64,000 bases of DNA. Source: Yuukianura sp. NJ FZ-2021. Lineage: Eukaryota. The translations under genes were made by a program, and so were the position numbers. Positions 45,102 to 59,095 of the stretch are shown in pieces. Position 1 is the stretch's first letter. Every line of letters starts with the position of its first letter. Location: assembly GCA_046563655.1 (NCBI GenBank), contig CM102286.1:15438001-15502000 (forward strand), in the 5' to 3' direction. The notes under the pieces are model-generated. The model made no database searches, was not told the DNA's origin, and was given only the letters and a program-made list of their open reading frames with translations.

Positions 45102-47914
45102 ATGAACAATCTCATCGAATCTTGCGAAGAGGAGCCGGTTGATACAATGTCATCACCAATAAGGGTAAGGTTATTCAACAAACTATCCCAAAGTTTGATT
45201 AATTTTTTCAGTTTTTAAGTCAATTTTCCAAGATGTATTTCTAACTTTGCAGGAATTTTTGAATTTGTGTGAATTTGCTACTGTTGATCCGCACCGTCCC
45301 AGGATCGTGACGACGGCTATGAGCATTCCGACGGATCTTCTTTTATGTATCCTGTCGGATTTGTTGGGAATTGGTTTATCCGGTCAAACCCTTTTGAAAT
45401 TTAGCCTTGAGAAATGGAAGACCCTTCTGGAAAACCCGAACATTGAACCGGCCAAACAGATTTGGTCTCATGTTTTTGTTCACCTGAAGTCCTATGCGTG
45501 TAAAAGAAAAAATCGTCTTTACACGCCACAAAAGAGGTTTATCCTGTCAACTAGGTTTCATTCTGAGGAAGATCGACTACAACTGCCGTCGATGACTTTG
45601 TTCATGTCATCCAGCTACGGTAAAAAACTGATTGGAGCAAAATGTGACACTGCAGAGTTAATTTCGGGCATTAAAACAATGCTAAGCAACGCGTACAACA
45701 AGGGATACATGGCGTTGTTTTTGATCAAACTGTACCGTAAGTTGTGTCATTCATTCCGTTTTTTATACCGACTTTTTTTTTATATCGCAATTTTTTTTCT
45801 AAATTCTGCTTACAGACTCTGTTCCAGCGCAATTGCAGACATTGGGTATTGAAAATCTGATCGGAAAGGACGGCGTTAATGCACTGCACCTAGTGCTCGG
45901 TCAACCTTGCGAATTCAGGAACGGGTTGTGGTTGTTGCCACTAAAGCTACCAAATGTATTTGACGACTTTTTCCAAACGCCTCTGGCTATCGTCCAAGAT
46001 CCTAATGACAATGACAGCGAAGTTTGGAGCATATTTAATCAGCGTATTCTAGCCGGGGAAGCACGTCTCGTCGACATCAGGAAGGCGATGAGATCTAGCT
46101 CTGCCAATTCCACCACTGGGTCAGCAATGGGATCAAAATCTGTGACAAAAAAAGGAAAAGCTCCTATGCTTTCAAAGTCTGCTTTAGTAATTCACAACGC
46201 AGATAACTCTGATGATGGTATGTGTCGTTGGTTTAGAACCTATTTTGCATACAAGTACACCTTTAACTCAATGTTATCTATTTTCGGTTTTCAGATTTAT
46301 CTTCTGGCACATCTGCGCATTATCAGAATGAAACTATGTCTCAGCAAACTGGTAAATCCACTGCAAAGCCAAAAGAAGAGCTCATCATGGAGCAAAAGCT
46401 TGCAGAAGCAAAGATGCGGTTGTCTCAACTTCACAAACAGGATGCAAATTCCAGAGCTCAAATTTTAGAGTTAGAAAACACTCTACAAAAAATTGCCAAA
46501 GAAATCCCGGTTGTAGAAGAAACATTAATGGAATGTGAATTTCAATTGGAGCTTTTCAAGTTGATACAATCCCAAGTGGGAATTCTCAACAATGATCTCT
46601 GCGAAAGCACGGACTTACTACAAGTTTGCAAGACCGAAAAGGACTTAGTCCAACATGTAGCGAAGGAGTACCGGATCCTATTAACTGAGAAAGGGAATTT
46701 GGACATGTCGAACAAACAGTTGATAAATGTAGCATTTCAAAATTGCATTCGGAGTTTACGTCAACATTCTATACCAATTGAGATCGAGCCCACAAGTGAG
46801 CCAACCCCAACTGTGGTTACTTCAAGTACAACATCATCAACTGCAGCATTTGCGTTAGATTCGGATCCCGTGGATCAGGTAAGAACATGTTTGATACCCT
46901 TCAATTTGATCCAAATTAGGTTCACCCTGTTTCCGTGATTTCAGGAATTATCGTCTGCAACTCCGAGATTCATGTCAGAAAAAACTGGATTCACCATACT
47001 TCCATCAACCGAGGTAAATCAAAATTCTTCTGTAGGAATAGGTTTAATTTAAACGTAATTTTTTAATCATTTCTTTCTTTAGAATTTGACTGAGATCAAC
47101 GAACCGGCTAACCCGAGTACTCGTGGAAAAGCTGAAGTCAGTCAGAAAACAAAGGTAATTGCTAATTACATCCAATTGTTGATTCTTATAAGGTTAAGCT
47201 AAAGTGCATGGATTTAGGGAACACGGCGGACACTGAAAGATGTTGACGAACCAGAGCCAAAAAAGAAGTGGAGTTATACCAAGATTCCAACGGGAAAGGC
47301 AAAGAAAACCTTTGATGTAGACGAGCACTACAATTCTAGTATGTTTTCATGTTAAAGATATACTCATATGAATCATGCCAATTAGCGATTAATGATTTCA
47401 TTTTAGTGCAAGATACTGGAGAGACTTCAGTATTGCCAACTCGAGAACGAAATCCTCTCAGTAGTATGCTTGCTCCACAGTCAACACAGGCCGCGTCTCA
47501 CTTGACACAAACCAAAGCAGATGGCGCTGAAAAACCTCCTCCGTTGCTTTCAATCATGCCAGGGTTCCTTTAAGCTTGGAAGCTGATTTACGAAAAAGGT
47601 TCATCAATTCGAGGTAAATTATCATCACTTAACTTACTCTGAAGAAACACAAATTGATTACACGTTTCATGTAGTTCCTGACACACAAAAAAAAAGTGCC
47701 GAGTCAACTGCTAGTTCACAAGATGCAAGGCAAGAGTAAGTTCATGTGACTCTATTATCTAAAGTTGAAGGTGCAGTAAAAGAAATGTTAACTTTCGTAG
47801 TCAACACGACACCTCCGAATTGATGAACGCTCCAGATGAATCCTTGGCTTACGCTATGAAACCAGGTCCACCTGCCGAAAATTCTGGAGTTGAAGATCTA
47901 CTTTGTGGTGATTG
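45102..47914 (+). CDS. Large multi-exon orphan protein (globular N-terminus, coiled coil, low-complexity tail); 3' structure uncertain
   Basis: Consecutive exons ~45102-45164, 45253-45736, 45816-46217, 46295-46878 and further small exons with GT/AG; an in-frame TAA at 47571-73 may be the real stop. Confidence 0.55.
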
Positions 47915-49842
47915 ATGGTCAGGACATTGCATTTGTGATTAACTACTCCATAATACTAGTTAACTGTTTTCAATAGAAGTTGGCCCAATGAATTTTTCAA
48001 AGATTACTCCACGTTCAAATCTTTCTTGTTATATTCGGTTAGGTTAGGAGCTTATGCGTTGCTGATGACAATTTCTCAATTGTTTAGTACTAAGATTCAA
48101 ATAGAATATCACTCAATATTTTTTAGTAGTAGTAAATGAACTGTACTTTGGGCAAAATTGATAAGCTTTTTGCTAAGGATAGTAATAGCAATACTTGTTA
48201 CAGATAAATGCATACAAAGTAAAACAACACGGGTACTTTGAAGCTTTTGCCAGACCTTGTTGTTGATGCTTTGCGTTTCTTATATTCGAATCATTCTTAA
48301 CAATTTATCAATTGTTTAGTGTATTCAAATAGATATCACTTAAGATTTTCCAGTTATAGTGAACGACATGGCTTAAATTTGAAATTCCTTGTAATTTTTA
48401 CTTTTTGACCCCCTCAGGACATCCAATCCTAACACCTAATTCAAGAGAATTTTTTTAAATTTGAAACTTACTTGCAATTTTCAGTCTCAACCTCTAGAAG
48501 AATCTACTCCTAAGACCTAATTTAACAGAAATTGCTTAAATTTAAAATTACTTGCAGTTTTCACTTGGTCGGCTCTTGTCGAAATGTTCCCAAGGAACCA
48601 TACCATGGATTTCTCCAATTAATAAATTTTTAGCGTCACAACAGTTGGTACTTTGTAGGTAAATTGAGTTTGAAGACTGGCGGTCATTTTGAAAGTTCGA
48701 CATTTTTTGAAACTTTGTCGAACTGTTCCCAAGGAACCCTACCTTTCATATATTTTAAAACTTTAGTTTATTTTTCAATCAGCAAACATAGTAAGTAATT
48801 GTATCGCATGTGATTAGATGTCAGACTAACAAACTGCCGCTAACCTAACCTATATCTTGTATTCATGTTGCCCTTAATTTATATGACAGTTTATTTTAGT
48901 TATACCACAACTCCTTTTGTATCAATACCACTAAAAAACTTTCCAACGATAACTATTCTCAGAATCTTTAATTCTTTACAAGTTAGGTTTTGAAGACCTC
49001 AACATTCTTGTTACCACAGGTGTTGTCTCCACTTCCTCCCTGGGTTGCGTTGATTTTCCGCACTCTTCGTATTCATTGAAGAGGTCATCGCACCGCAACT
49101 TTCTTTTCGGCTCCCACGTAGCGCTAAAACAATATAGTTTATGTAACTGACTGTCTTAGGTATGTTTAGGTTCAACGACTAATTTGTGCATAAGTAGCAC
49201 TTAAGGATTAATTTGGATCAGCTATGTACTGTGTTAATGTTTTTAAACTTACGTTGCAAAATGTCTTCGTTCAACTAGGAAATCCACACGCCAAAAACTT
49301 GCCTCTTGTCCAAATCATTTTCAACTTCGTGGTAAATTTTTCTGTTGTATTTTGTAGGATCCACATTGAGCCGATAATCAAAGAGTGTGTGAGATTTGGG
49401 GTTCGTCCAAATTGTGTTTCCAATGTACCTGTGCTCCACTTTCTCTAGAATGTCCATTGTCATTGCAACCAATTCCATGTACAATTCCTGATCTCCACTT
49501 GAGTTGTGGGTTGTCTATCAAAGTAAGTGTCTTGCAACACTGGATATCCATGTAAAAGCCGGCAAAACGCGGACGTTGCAGCGATACCGCAACTATACTC
49601 CCACCTAGCAATGCAATTGCCACGGATGTTTGCGTTTAGCCAATCCAGGTTAGTACAACGTTACATGAAATTGAATATATGTTTTGGTTAGGTTAGCTTA
49701 ATGTGTTACCATGAAAGTTGTTTTGTTAGAATGTCATCCTCCATCTCAGCTGAATCTCCATACTTCTCTATCAGTTTTATCTTTACAACAGATCTTAGGT
49801 TGTTGTACAGTGTTTCTCGCATTGTTTCGACCGATTTCGTCT

Positions 49843-51927
49843 TCATAGTCGTCTGATGTTACGAACTTCAGCTTCGTGGACTTCATCCATGCTTCCATTT
49901 CCCATATTAAAAGTCCTCAATTGAGCCATCTTCGGGACATGAAATTTGACTTGGTTGTCGGGCATGTCCACTCCTTGCCAGTTTCCAGCAATCGTGAAGT
50001 GTCGGAGAGTTAAGGCGAATTTTGACAACTGCGATGTCAGATCCATGGCCTTCACATCCTCCCATATTCCGCAGTTTAATTCTAAACTTGCTTATGCTGA
50101 AAGCTTCACATTGGCAATCGCTAGAATTTGTTTGCGATTGCCAATGTGAATCTCTCAGCAAGAAGTAGTGGTCGAGAGAATTTGTTTGCGATGCAGAGCA
50201 AGTTCTTCCTTGTGTTCATCATCTAGACCTGCTAAAAATATTTACTATCAGCACCCAAAATATTTATTTAAAAATTTACTAAAAACGGCTAAATATTTAC
50301 AAAAATATTTACTAAAACCGTTAATATTTATGAATTTCGCACTAAAATCAGACCGATTTAGTTATAAAAACACTTTACGTAAGTAGAAAAAGACTGGGCA
50401 ACAACCCCAATCACAAGATTCAGCACGCCACTGCACTGTCTTGTCGCTTAATATAACCGTGTGAGAACAATGCTGCTGTAACGGTATTGTGCTCATGATT
50501 CCATTAGTATGGTTTAAAATTTTTGTAAAAATGTACATATACATACGAAAGTATATACGTATTCGTACGTATCTAAAGTACCGAAGCACTTTCATATAGG
50601 TGCCAATCTGATTTTTCGCGTACTTGTACTCAAAGTTTTGTTGTTTCCAATGTTGCATGGGACAAATTTTTAGTTAACTACTGAATTGATGCTACTGAAA
50701 ACGCCGTAGACGTTCTTTTCACGATGTTGTTGTCGAAAAATCAGACAAACACATTGGTTTGTTCACCGAGAGTAGACAAAAAAGTCGAATTTTCGGCAAA
50801 ATAATTATGAAAAGCCAAAATATTTAAAAAATAGTTGCATTTTGTCAAAAAAGCGCCGAAAATTAAAAAAAAATATTTACATTTTTTTAAATCCCGAAAT
50901 ATTTTTTTTAAATATAAAAATATTTAGTATTTAAAAAAACATTTTTAGCAGGTCTAATCATCATCATTATCGTTTATCGTTCGACTCTTTTTTTCTCAAT
51001 AGTTAAGAGTTTCAGACTTTTCAAATTCTGGAGAAGAATTGATTCCATTAAGGAGCTGCTCGACTTCTTGGAGGCTTGAATACGTGTAGGCAAAATGGTC
51101 TACTGTTTTCGGGAGGTTGACCAGTAAGCCGCCACCAAGGTTTGTTGTGTTCTTTAGAAAATGCTTGTTTCCGGTAAACACCACTTTCACAAGCTTTATA
51201 CGTGCAGAGAAAGTGAATTTTGAGCTAGAGTTATCCTCCGCTTCATCGTTTTGGTCACGTGACTCTGGAATCACCAACACTTCCAATTCCTTCAGCCGGG
51301 TGGCTATCTCCTTCAAGATTTCGAAGTTGATTGCTTCTACGTTGATTGTTTTGATTCTTTTTTTCGATTAGTATCGCAGAAGCGAATAAATCTGGGCTGG
51401 TTAATTGGTCTCGATCCAGCAAAATGAACTGTAGTAACCTTGGAGCCAAGCTTTCGGTTAGGATTTTCGTCGACAAACAAAGTACGGCCGTAAATGACTT
51501 TGATTGAGCCCTTCTGTTCCGCTTTCGCTTTTTCTTTGTTTGCTCCGTCTTCGTCATCAATATCCTGTAAACAAATAAAACATTTAATTTTCCACAATCA
51601 ACTTGTTTACATACAAGCGTTGTATTGCATTAGTTTTTCCTACTACCTTGTGCATTATATTGCACACATTGATATTACGTCAGGCGTAATTTTTTTTGGT
51701 ATATAGCTTTGGGTCAAATGTCGCGGTCCAATTTGTACCGAGGTTGGCGAATCCTGCTGCGATGGACCCTGGTGACGGTCGGGTTCATCGTCTGACAAGT
51801 CTACAGCTTCCACAACAGTTTATGGTTCTCGTTCCTGCCTCAGTATTATAACGTCGTCGTCATGGTTGGTATCTCCTTGACGAACGAGGTCAGAATCCTA
51901 AGACGTTCCTGCTGCCGGTCGTGGCAT
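49843..51927 (-). pseudogene. Poly-SIM/LRR-like gene copy A (3'-truncated, frameshifted, MITE-disrupted)
   Basis: Homologous to copies B-D; interrupted at 50224-50956. Confidence 0.75.
50224..50956. mobile_element. MITE (hAT-like TAG termini) inserted in copy A
   Basis: TIR TAGACCTGCTAAAAAT; inserted in an (ATC)n tract, so TSD length is ambiguous; absent from the paralogs. Confidence 0.8.
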
Positions 51928-54900
51928 TGTGCCGATGGAAGGTCTAGCAAGTCGGTTGCTCAGACAAAACAAACTGAGGAGGTTTGTGAGTCGGTGTCCA
52001 ATTGTCATTTCATGCTTCGTTTTGTCAGTTTATTGCCATTGTACCTGTTCAATTTTGGCGTTTCTAGACTCAATTTTCTATCTTTGTACAAGCCGTAAGT
52101 TTGCACGGTCGGCAACATGATTGTGACTGACGTTTCAAGTTTATGACTTGCGTTTTATCAACGCTTTTTATGAGTCATGAAATATGAGCCGACCCCTTGT
52201 CACAATGCGGCATTCTCTTGGAATGCAAAAATTTTCACTGTTCTTACCATTTCAAATGCAACTCTCCAAATTTTTTCCCAAGAGCTTCTGCCGCCACTGA
52301 CATGCATCAAAATGTTGCCATGAATGGTGAGATCATGTTTAGGTATATCCCATTGGGGCGTTCACGGCAAATGTAAAATCCGAAGCAGTTGAAGTTGAAA
52401 TGCAAGCATTTCTTGAATTTGAAATTATGTAATGCACAAACAGCTCCCGACGCTTAAGCCGACCAGGAACGTGCTGAATGCAACAGCAGTCGAAGTTCCG
52501 CCAACACATAACGATGCTGCCCCAGTAGCCAAGGAAGTTGTCACTACAAATGTAAAAAGTATAAGTTAACATGAAACAAATTTACCCGAAGTCGCAACGA
52601 CATTTTTGTGCTTACGGTGAAAACTAATTGATTTAAAACACTAAACACGCCAAGGTCAACACTGCCGACTTCATATTCACAACTGCACATTATATTGATC
52701 AATTCAACCTTTTTGTGAAAACTATACTGGAAATGGAAAAACTATCTTCAAATTCCAACAAATTTAATGTCTATACGTTACTTTGCCATACCCTAATACA
52801 TGCTTCTTTTATGTCATCACGATAGGTTTGACCAAGGCTCCGGGTTGACTCTGAGGGCTCTTGTTTGACCTCATATCAAATTTCGTCCTCGCTTCTTCGC
52901 CCTCGCTTCTTCGCCGTCAGTGGGCTTCTCCTTCTTCAATTTCTTGATTTGTCTGTCCCTGGCAAATTCACGTTTCGCGTTACGCTTCTTTTTCTTAGTC
53001 CTGGATCCAACATCTTGAATTTTGTCACCCCGATTCTTCAAGAAATTGTGGTCAAATGGGTACTGCCGGAATCCGATTCCGCAATGTGGATGAAATGTTT
53101 GCTGTGGATGTTTATGTGAAATTTTGTTATTCAACGGAATTTTGACCGGTTTCTTGCCGAACCATTCCAGGGTCATATTCTTGAGCCCTGTCAAATGCTC
53201 AATGCCATACTCCCGTCTGCGCAGAATGTCATCATCGATGGTCGGCTCTGCCCAAATGGGAAGTTCAATTAATTTGTCACGAATGAATTCCTCAAAAACG
53301 TCTTGGTTTTGAGCGTTTTTTAATTCCAGGAGTTTAGTGAGACTGTAGTCGTCTTCGATTAGTGGAAGGTATCGTTGAGAAAACAACATCTACCAGCATC
53401 CCTTTGAAGTCAAATGCTGTTTTCAATTGTAGTGCTTCCAGGGGAGAATTGGCCATGCCATCAAAAAAATATCGGAGACATTTCGCAGTTGGGTACTTCA
53501 TGGTGATTCGTTTCAAGGCGGGAAACATTTTACGAATGTTAAGCATAAAGAATTGGTCTTGAATGAAATCAGGAACCCGGAGGTCACGAACAAACTTGAA
53601 TTCGTGAAATTCCGAGTTAAAGGCTTCTGGAGACGTTGGGATTTGCATTGTCACTGTCCAGTTGCTGCGAATATGAAGTCGTTAACTTCGGGAACATGGA
53701 TGGCTGCATACTCTCGATGTGAATTGAATTTCCGAGAAACAAAGTTTTCAGAGTTTTGATTGGCGAAAATGAAATTTCCATTTCAGTCGTTCCTATTTTG
53801 TCCAAGGAGATGACCTGGTCATCTTGTACATTCTGTGCGCCATGTCCCCCGGCTGAGTCGTCGTCGCTGTAACTACCGCAGCCTTCATAGTCTGCTGATT
53901 CGACGATTCCTTCAGTTTCTTTGACTTCATACACGCTTCCAATTCCCATGTGAAGAGTCCTCAGTTGAGCCATCTTCGGGACATGATGTTTGAGTTGATT
54001 GTCGGCGGCCATGTCCACTCCTTGCGAGTTGCCGGCAATCGTGAAGTGTCGGAGAGTTGGGGCGAATTTTGGCAAGAGAGTAGTCAGATCCATAGCCTTC
54101 ACGTCGTCCCATATCCCGCAGTTCAATTTTAAACTTGCTAATGCTGCAAGATTCAAATTGGCAATCGACAGACTTTGTTTGCGATGCAGTGCAAGTTCTT
54201 CCTCAGCATCATCCTCGTTCGACTCGATTTTCTGAATACTCAAGAGTTTCAGATTTTTCAAATTCGAAGAAGAATTGATTCCATTGAGGAGCTGATCAAG
54301 TTCTTGAAGACTTGAGTAAGTGTAGAGCAAATAGCTGAGCGTTTTCGGCAGGCTGGCCAGCAAGCCACTGAGGTTTGTGGTGTTCCTCAGAAAATTATTG
54401 TTTCCATTAAGCACAACTTTCACAAGCTTGGTACGTGCAGGGAAAGTGAATTTTGAGCTAGACTTCTCCGCTTCAACGTTTTTGTCACGTGACTCTGGAA
54501 TCACCAATACTTCCAATTCCTTCAGCCGGTTCGCAATCTCCTTCGAGATTTGGCAGTTGATTGCTTCTACGTTGATTGTTTTGATTCTTTTTTTCGATTA
54601 GTATCGCAGAAGCGAATAAATCTGGGCTGGTTAATTGGTCTCGATCCAGCAAAATGAACTGTAGTAACCTTGGAGCCAAGCTTTCGGTTAGGATTTTCGT
54701 CGACAAACAAAGTACGGCCGTAAATGACTTTGATTGAGCCCTTCTGTTCCGCTTTCGCTTTTTCTTTGTTTGCTCCGTCTTCGTCATCAATATCCTGTAA
54801 ACAAATAAAACATTTAATTTTCCACAATCAACTTGTTTACATACAAGCGTTGTATTGCATTAGTTTTTCCTACTACCTTGTGCATTATATTGCACACATT

Positions 54901-56640
54901 GATATTACGTCAGGCGTAATTTTTTTTGGTATATAGCTTTGGGTCAAATGTCGCGGTCCAATTTGTACCGAGGTTGGCGAATCCTGCTGCGATGGACCCT
55001 GGTGACGGTCGGGTTCATCGTCTGACAAGTCTACAGCTTCCACAACAGTTTATGGTTCTCGTTCCTGCCTCAGTATTATAACGTCGTCGTCATGGTTGGT
55101 ATCTCCTTGACGAACGAGGTCAGAATCCTAAGACGTTCCTGCTGCCGGTCGTGGCATTGTGCCGATGGAAGGTCTAGCAAGTCGGTTGCTCAGACAAAAC
55201 AAACTGAGGAGGTTTGTGAGTCGGTGTCCAATTGTCATTTCATGCTTCGTTTTGTCAGTTTATTGCCATTGTACCTGTTCAATTTTGGCGTTTCTAGACT
55301 CAATTTTCTATCTTTGTACAAGCCGTAAGTTTGCACGGTCGGCAACATGATTGTGACTGACGTTTCAAGTTTATGACTTGCGTTTTATCAACGCTTTTTA
55401 TGAGTCATGAAATATGAGCCGACCCCTTGTCACAATGCGGCATTCTCTTGGAATGCAAAAATTTTCACTGTTCTTACCATTTCAAATGCAACTCTCCAAA
55501 TTTTTTTCCCAAGAGCTTCTGCCGCCACTGACATGCATCAAAATGTTGCCATGAATGGTGAGATCATGTTTAGGTATATCCCATTGGGGCGTTCACGGCA
55601 AATGTAAACTCCGAAGCAGTTGAAGTTGAAATGCAAGCATTTCTTGAATTTGAAATTATGTAATGCACAAACAGCTCCCGACGCTTAAGCCGACCAGGAA
55701 CGTGCTGAATGCAACAGCAGTCGAAGTTCCGCCAACACATAACGATGCTGCCCCAGTAGCCAAGGAAGTTGTCACTACAAATGTAAAAAGTATAAGTTAA
55801 CATGAAACAAATTTACCCGAAGTCGCAACGACATTTTTGTGCTTACGGTGAAAACTAATTGATTTAGAACACTAAACACGCCAAGGTAAGCACTGCCACC
55901 TTCATATTCAAAACTGCACATTCTATTGATTAATTCAACCTTTTTCTGAAAACTCTACTGGAAATGGGAAAACTATCTTCAAATTCCAACAAATTTAATG
56001 TCTATACGTTACTTTGCCATACCCTAATACATGCTTCTTTTATGTCATCACGATAGGTTTGACCAAGGCTCCGGGTTGAATCTGAGGGCTCTTGTTTGAC
56101 CTCATATCAAATTTCGTCCTCGCTTCTTCGCCCTCGCTTCTTCGCCGTCAGTGGGCTTCTCCGTCTTCACTTTCTTGATTTGTCTGTCCCTGGCAAATTC
56201 ACGTTTCGCGTTACGCTTCTTTTTCTTAGTCCTGGATCCAACATCTTGAATTTTGTCACCCCGATTCTTCAAGAAATTGTCGTCAAATGGGTACTGCCGG
56301 AATCCGATTCCGCAATGTGGATGAAATGTTTGCTGTGGATGTTTATGTGAAATTTTGGTATTCAACGGAATTTTGACCTGTTTCTTGCCGAACCATTCCA
56401 GGGTCATATTCTTGAGCCCTGTCAAATGCTCAATGCCATATTCCCGTCTCTGCAGAATGTCATGATCGATGGTCAACTCTGCCCAATTGGGAAGTTCAAT
56501 TAATTTGTCACGAATGAATTCCTCAAAAACGTCTTGGTTTTGAGCGTTTTTGAGTTACAGCAGTTTAGTGATACTGTAGTCATCTCCGATTAGTGGATGA
56601 CATCGTTGAGAAAACAGCATCTTCCAACATCCCTTCGAAG
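51251..56640. repeat. Recent tandem segmental duplication, period ~3230 bp
   Basis: ~51330-52620 is near-identical to ~54560-55850 (identical ORF translations offset by 3230). Confidence 0.92.
52871..55157 (-). pseudogene. Poly-SIM/LRR-like gene copy B (several frameshifts)
   Basis: Fragments 52871-53389, 53334-53654, 53617-54516, 54567-54827; LRR-like motifs LKNLKLLSI, LASLKLNC, FPALKRITM. Confidence 0.75.
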
Positions 56641-58210
56641 CACTGGTGCTAATTTAGAGAGCGCCGCTCCAGCGGCGCTCATCAGCTGCTGCAAAAAATT
56701 TTACCGCTCCGCTCCCGCCCAATCCCTCGTCCACATCACTCCCGCTCCGCTCAGAGCGGTCAAAAAACTTTAATGACCGCCCGCTCCCGCTCTCTCATAT
56801 GTTAACATAGGAGCGGGCGGAGCGAAGAGCGGCGCTCTTTATCAATTTTTGGGTTCGCTCCGCTCCCGCCCGCTCTTTCAAAAAGTTTCGGGAGACCGCA
56901 CCGCTCCGCTCTCCGAGCGAAGAGCGGAGCGGTCACCGCTCTTCTAAAGAGCAATCGCTCTCAAAAGAGCGGCGCTCTCTCAATTAGCACCAGTGCTTCG
57001 AAGTCAAATGCTGTTTTCAAGTGTAGTGTTTCCAGGGGAGAATTGGCCATGCCATGAAAAAAGTATCGAAGCCATTTCGCAGTTGGGTACTTCATGGTGA
57101 GTCGTTTCAAGGCGGGAAACATTTTATCCATGTTCAGCATAAAAAATTGATCCTGAACGAAATCAGGAAGCCTGAGGTCACGAACGAACTTGACTTCGTG
57201 CAGTTCGGAGTTAAATGCTTCAGGAGACGCTGGAATTTGCATTGTCAGTGTCCAGTTGCTGCGAATATGAAGTGTCTTTACCTTCGGGACCATCGATGGC
57301 TGGATTCTGTCGATATGAATCGAGGTTCCGAGAGAAACTTTTCAGAGTTGGAATTGCAGAAAATGAAATTTCTATTTGAGTCGTTCCTATTTTGTCCAAG
57401 GAGATGACCTGGTCATCTTGTACATTCTGTGCGGCATTTCCCCCGGCTGAGTCGTCGTCGCTGTAACTACCGCAGCCTTCATAGTCGTCTGATTCGACGA
57501 TTCCTTCAGTTTCTTTGACTTCATACACGCTTCCAATTCCCATGTGAAGAGTCCTCAGTTGAGTCATCTTCGGGACATGATGTTTGAGTTGATTGTCGGC
57601 GGCCATGTCCACTCCTTGCCAGTTGCCGGCAATCGTGAAGTGTCGGAGAGTTGGGGCGAATTTTGGCAAGAGAGTAGTCAGATCCATAGCCTTCACGTCG
57701 TCCCATATCCCGCAGTTCAATTTTAAACTTGCTAATGCTGCAAGATTCAAATTGGCAATCGACAGACTTTGTTTGCGATGCAGTGCAAGTTCTTCCTCAG
57801 CATCATCCTCGTTCGACTCGATTTTCTGAATACTCAAGAGTTTCAGATTTTTCAAATTCGAAGAAGAATTGATTCCATTGAGGAGCTGATCAAGTTCTTG
57901 AAGACTTGAGTAAGTGTAGACCAAATAGCTGAGCGTTTTCGGCAAGCTGGCCAGCAAGCAACTGAGGTTTGTGGTGTTCTTCAGAAAATTATTGTTTCCA
58001 TTAAGCACAACTTTCACAAGCTTGGTACGTGCAGGGAAAGTGAATTTTGAGCTAGACTTCTCCGCTTCAACGTTTTTGTCACGTGACTCTGGAATCACCA
58101 ACACTTCCAATTCCTTCAGCCGGTTCGCAATCTCCTTCAAGATTTGGCAGTTGATTGCTTCTACGTTGATTGTCTTGATTTTTTGTCGATTAGTATCGCA
58201 GAAGCGAATG
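56102..58210 (-). pseudogene. LRR-like gene copy C (5'-truncated, MITE-disrupted)
   Basis: Homology ends ~58210; insertion at 56641-56995. Confidence 0.75.
56641..56995. mobile_element. hAT-like MITE with GCTCCGCTC subterminal repeats
   Basis: TIR CACTGGTGCTAATT(T/G)AGAGAGCGCCGCTC; 8-bp TSD CTTCGAAG; the paralogs show the empty site. Confidence 0.9.
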
Positions 58211-59095
58211 ATTTCATGTAATGCTTTAGCTTTTAAAAGTGACATTAAGCTTGTGACTTGAGAAATTAAAACATTTTCCACTTTTCCACACTAATTGAGA
58301 ACGTTATCCCCTTGAGAAGTCCTGTGTTTAGGTTCATCTCTTGTTTTCATCTTCACAAACAGGAAAAAATAACATCGATTTACCTATTTTTTTTATATGA
58401 ATAACGTGCCTACCATTTTTTAATTAATTCAAATTTACAAAACTAGTCTAAATGTAAACAAAAAAGTGTGAAACTGTAAAAGGAAATGTGGATTTTAGTG
58501 AAGCAATACCGACAGTGATGCAATAAGCGTGTGAATTTGTAGACGTGGCTTGTGGTTTTACAAGTAGCACTGACAAAATATAAAGTTTAGTAATAAGATA
58601 CTATGTATAACTTTTCTGAACATCCAAAATATCAAAACTCTAAAATGCGTTTTAAACTTTCTTATAAGCTATTGTTAAAATCCTTTAAAAATAGTAAAAT
58701 TACAATAAGTCTTATATTTGAATTGTACTAAAAATAGTACCTACTTTTTAATTGATTTGTGAGTGTAAGTTGCTAAATATTGGCGGAGTTAAAAGTGTCT
58801 TATGTGCGTTCTTGCAATTAGTTTAGGTTAGGTGTTGCACAAAACCTTTGCGGTTTTAAAAGCACACGAAACCGACTTCCTTAAGATTTGACTTTATATC
58901 ATTGGCTTACCGCAGTTTAATTAAGGTTTACGATTGGCCTAATTTGTAAATTGAGGTATAATGATGATTAATGCAAAAGTTAAAAGTTGAGTTAGTATTG
59001 AATTCAGTTCTCCACAAAAAGCTTTTACTTTAACATATTTTACTGACCTAGAATTTAACTTAACACATTGAAGGTGCGAATTAGTTCATCTAAAG

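Noticed and set aside
105..47914. Endogenous large DNA virus or Polinton explaining the unidirectional cluster
   Set aside because: No recognisable DNA polymerase, major capsid protein, packaging ATPase, pif/lef or integrase genes; most genes are intron-containing. Cannot be fully excluded without flanking sequence
49000..49750. Possible minus-strand gene (ORFs 49275-49484, 49378-49623)
   Set aside because: Splice-like signals are present, but no consistent frame or recognisable domain could be assembled
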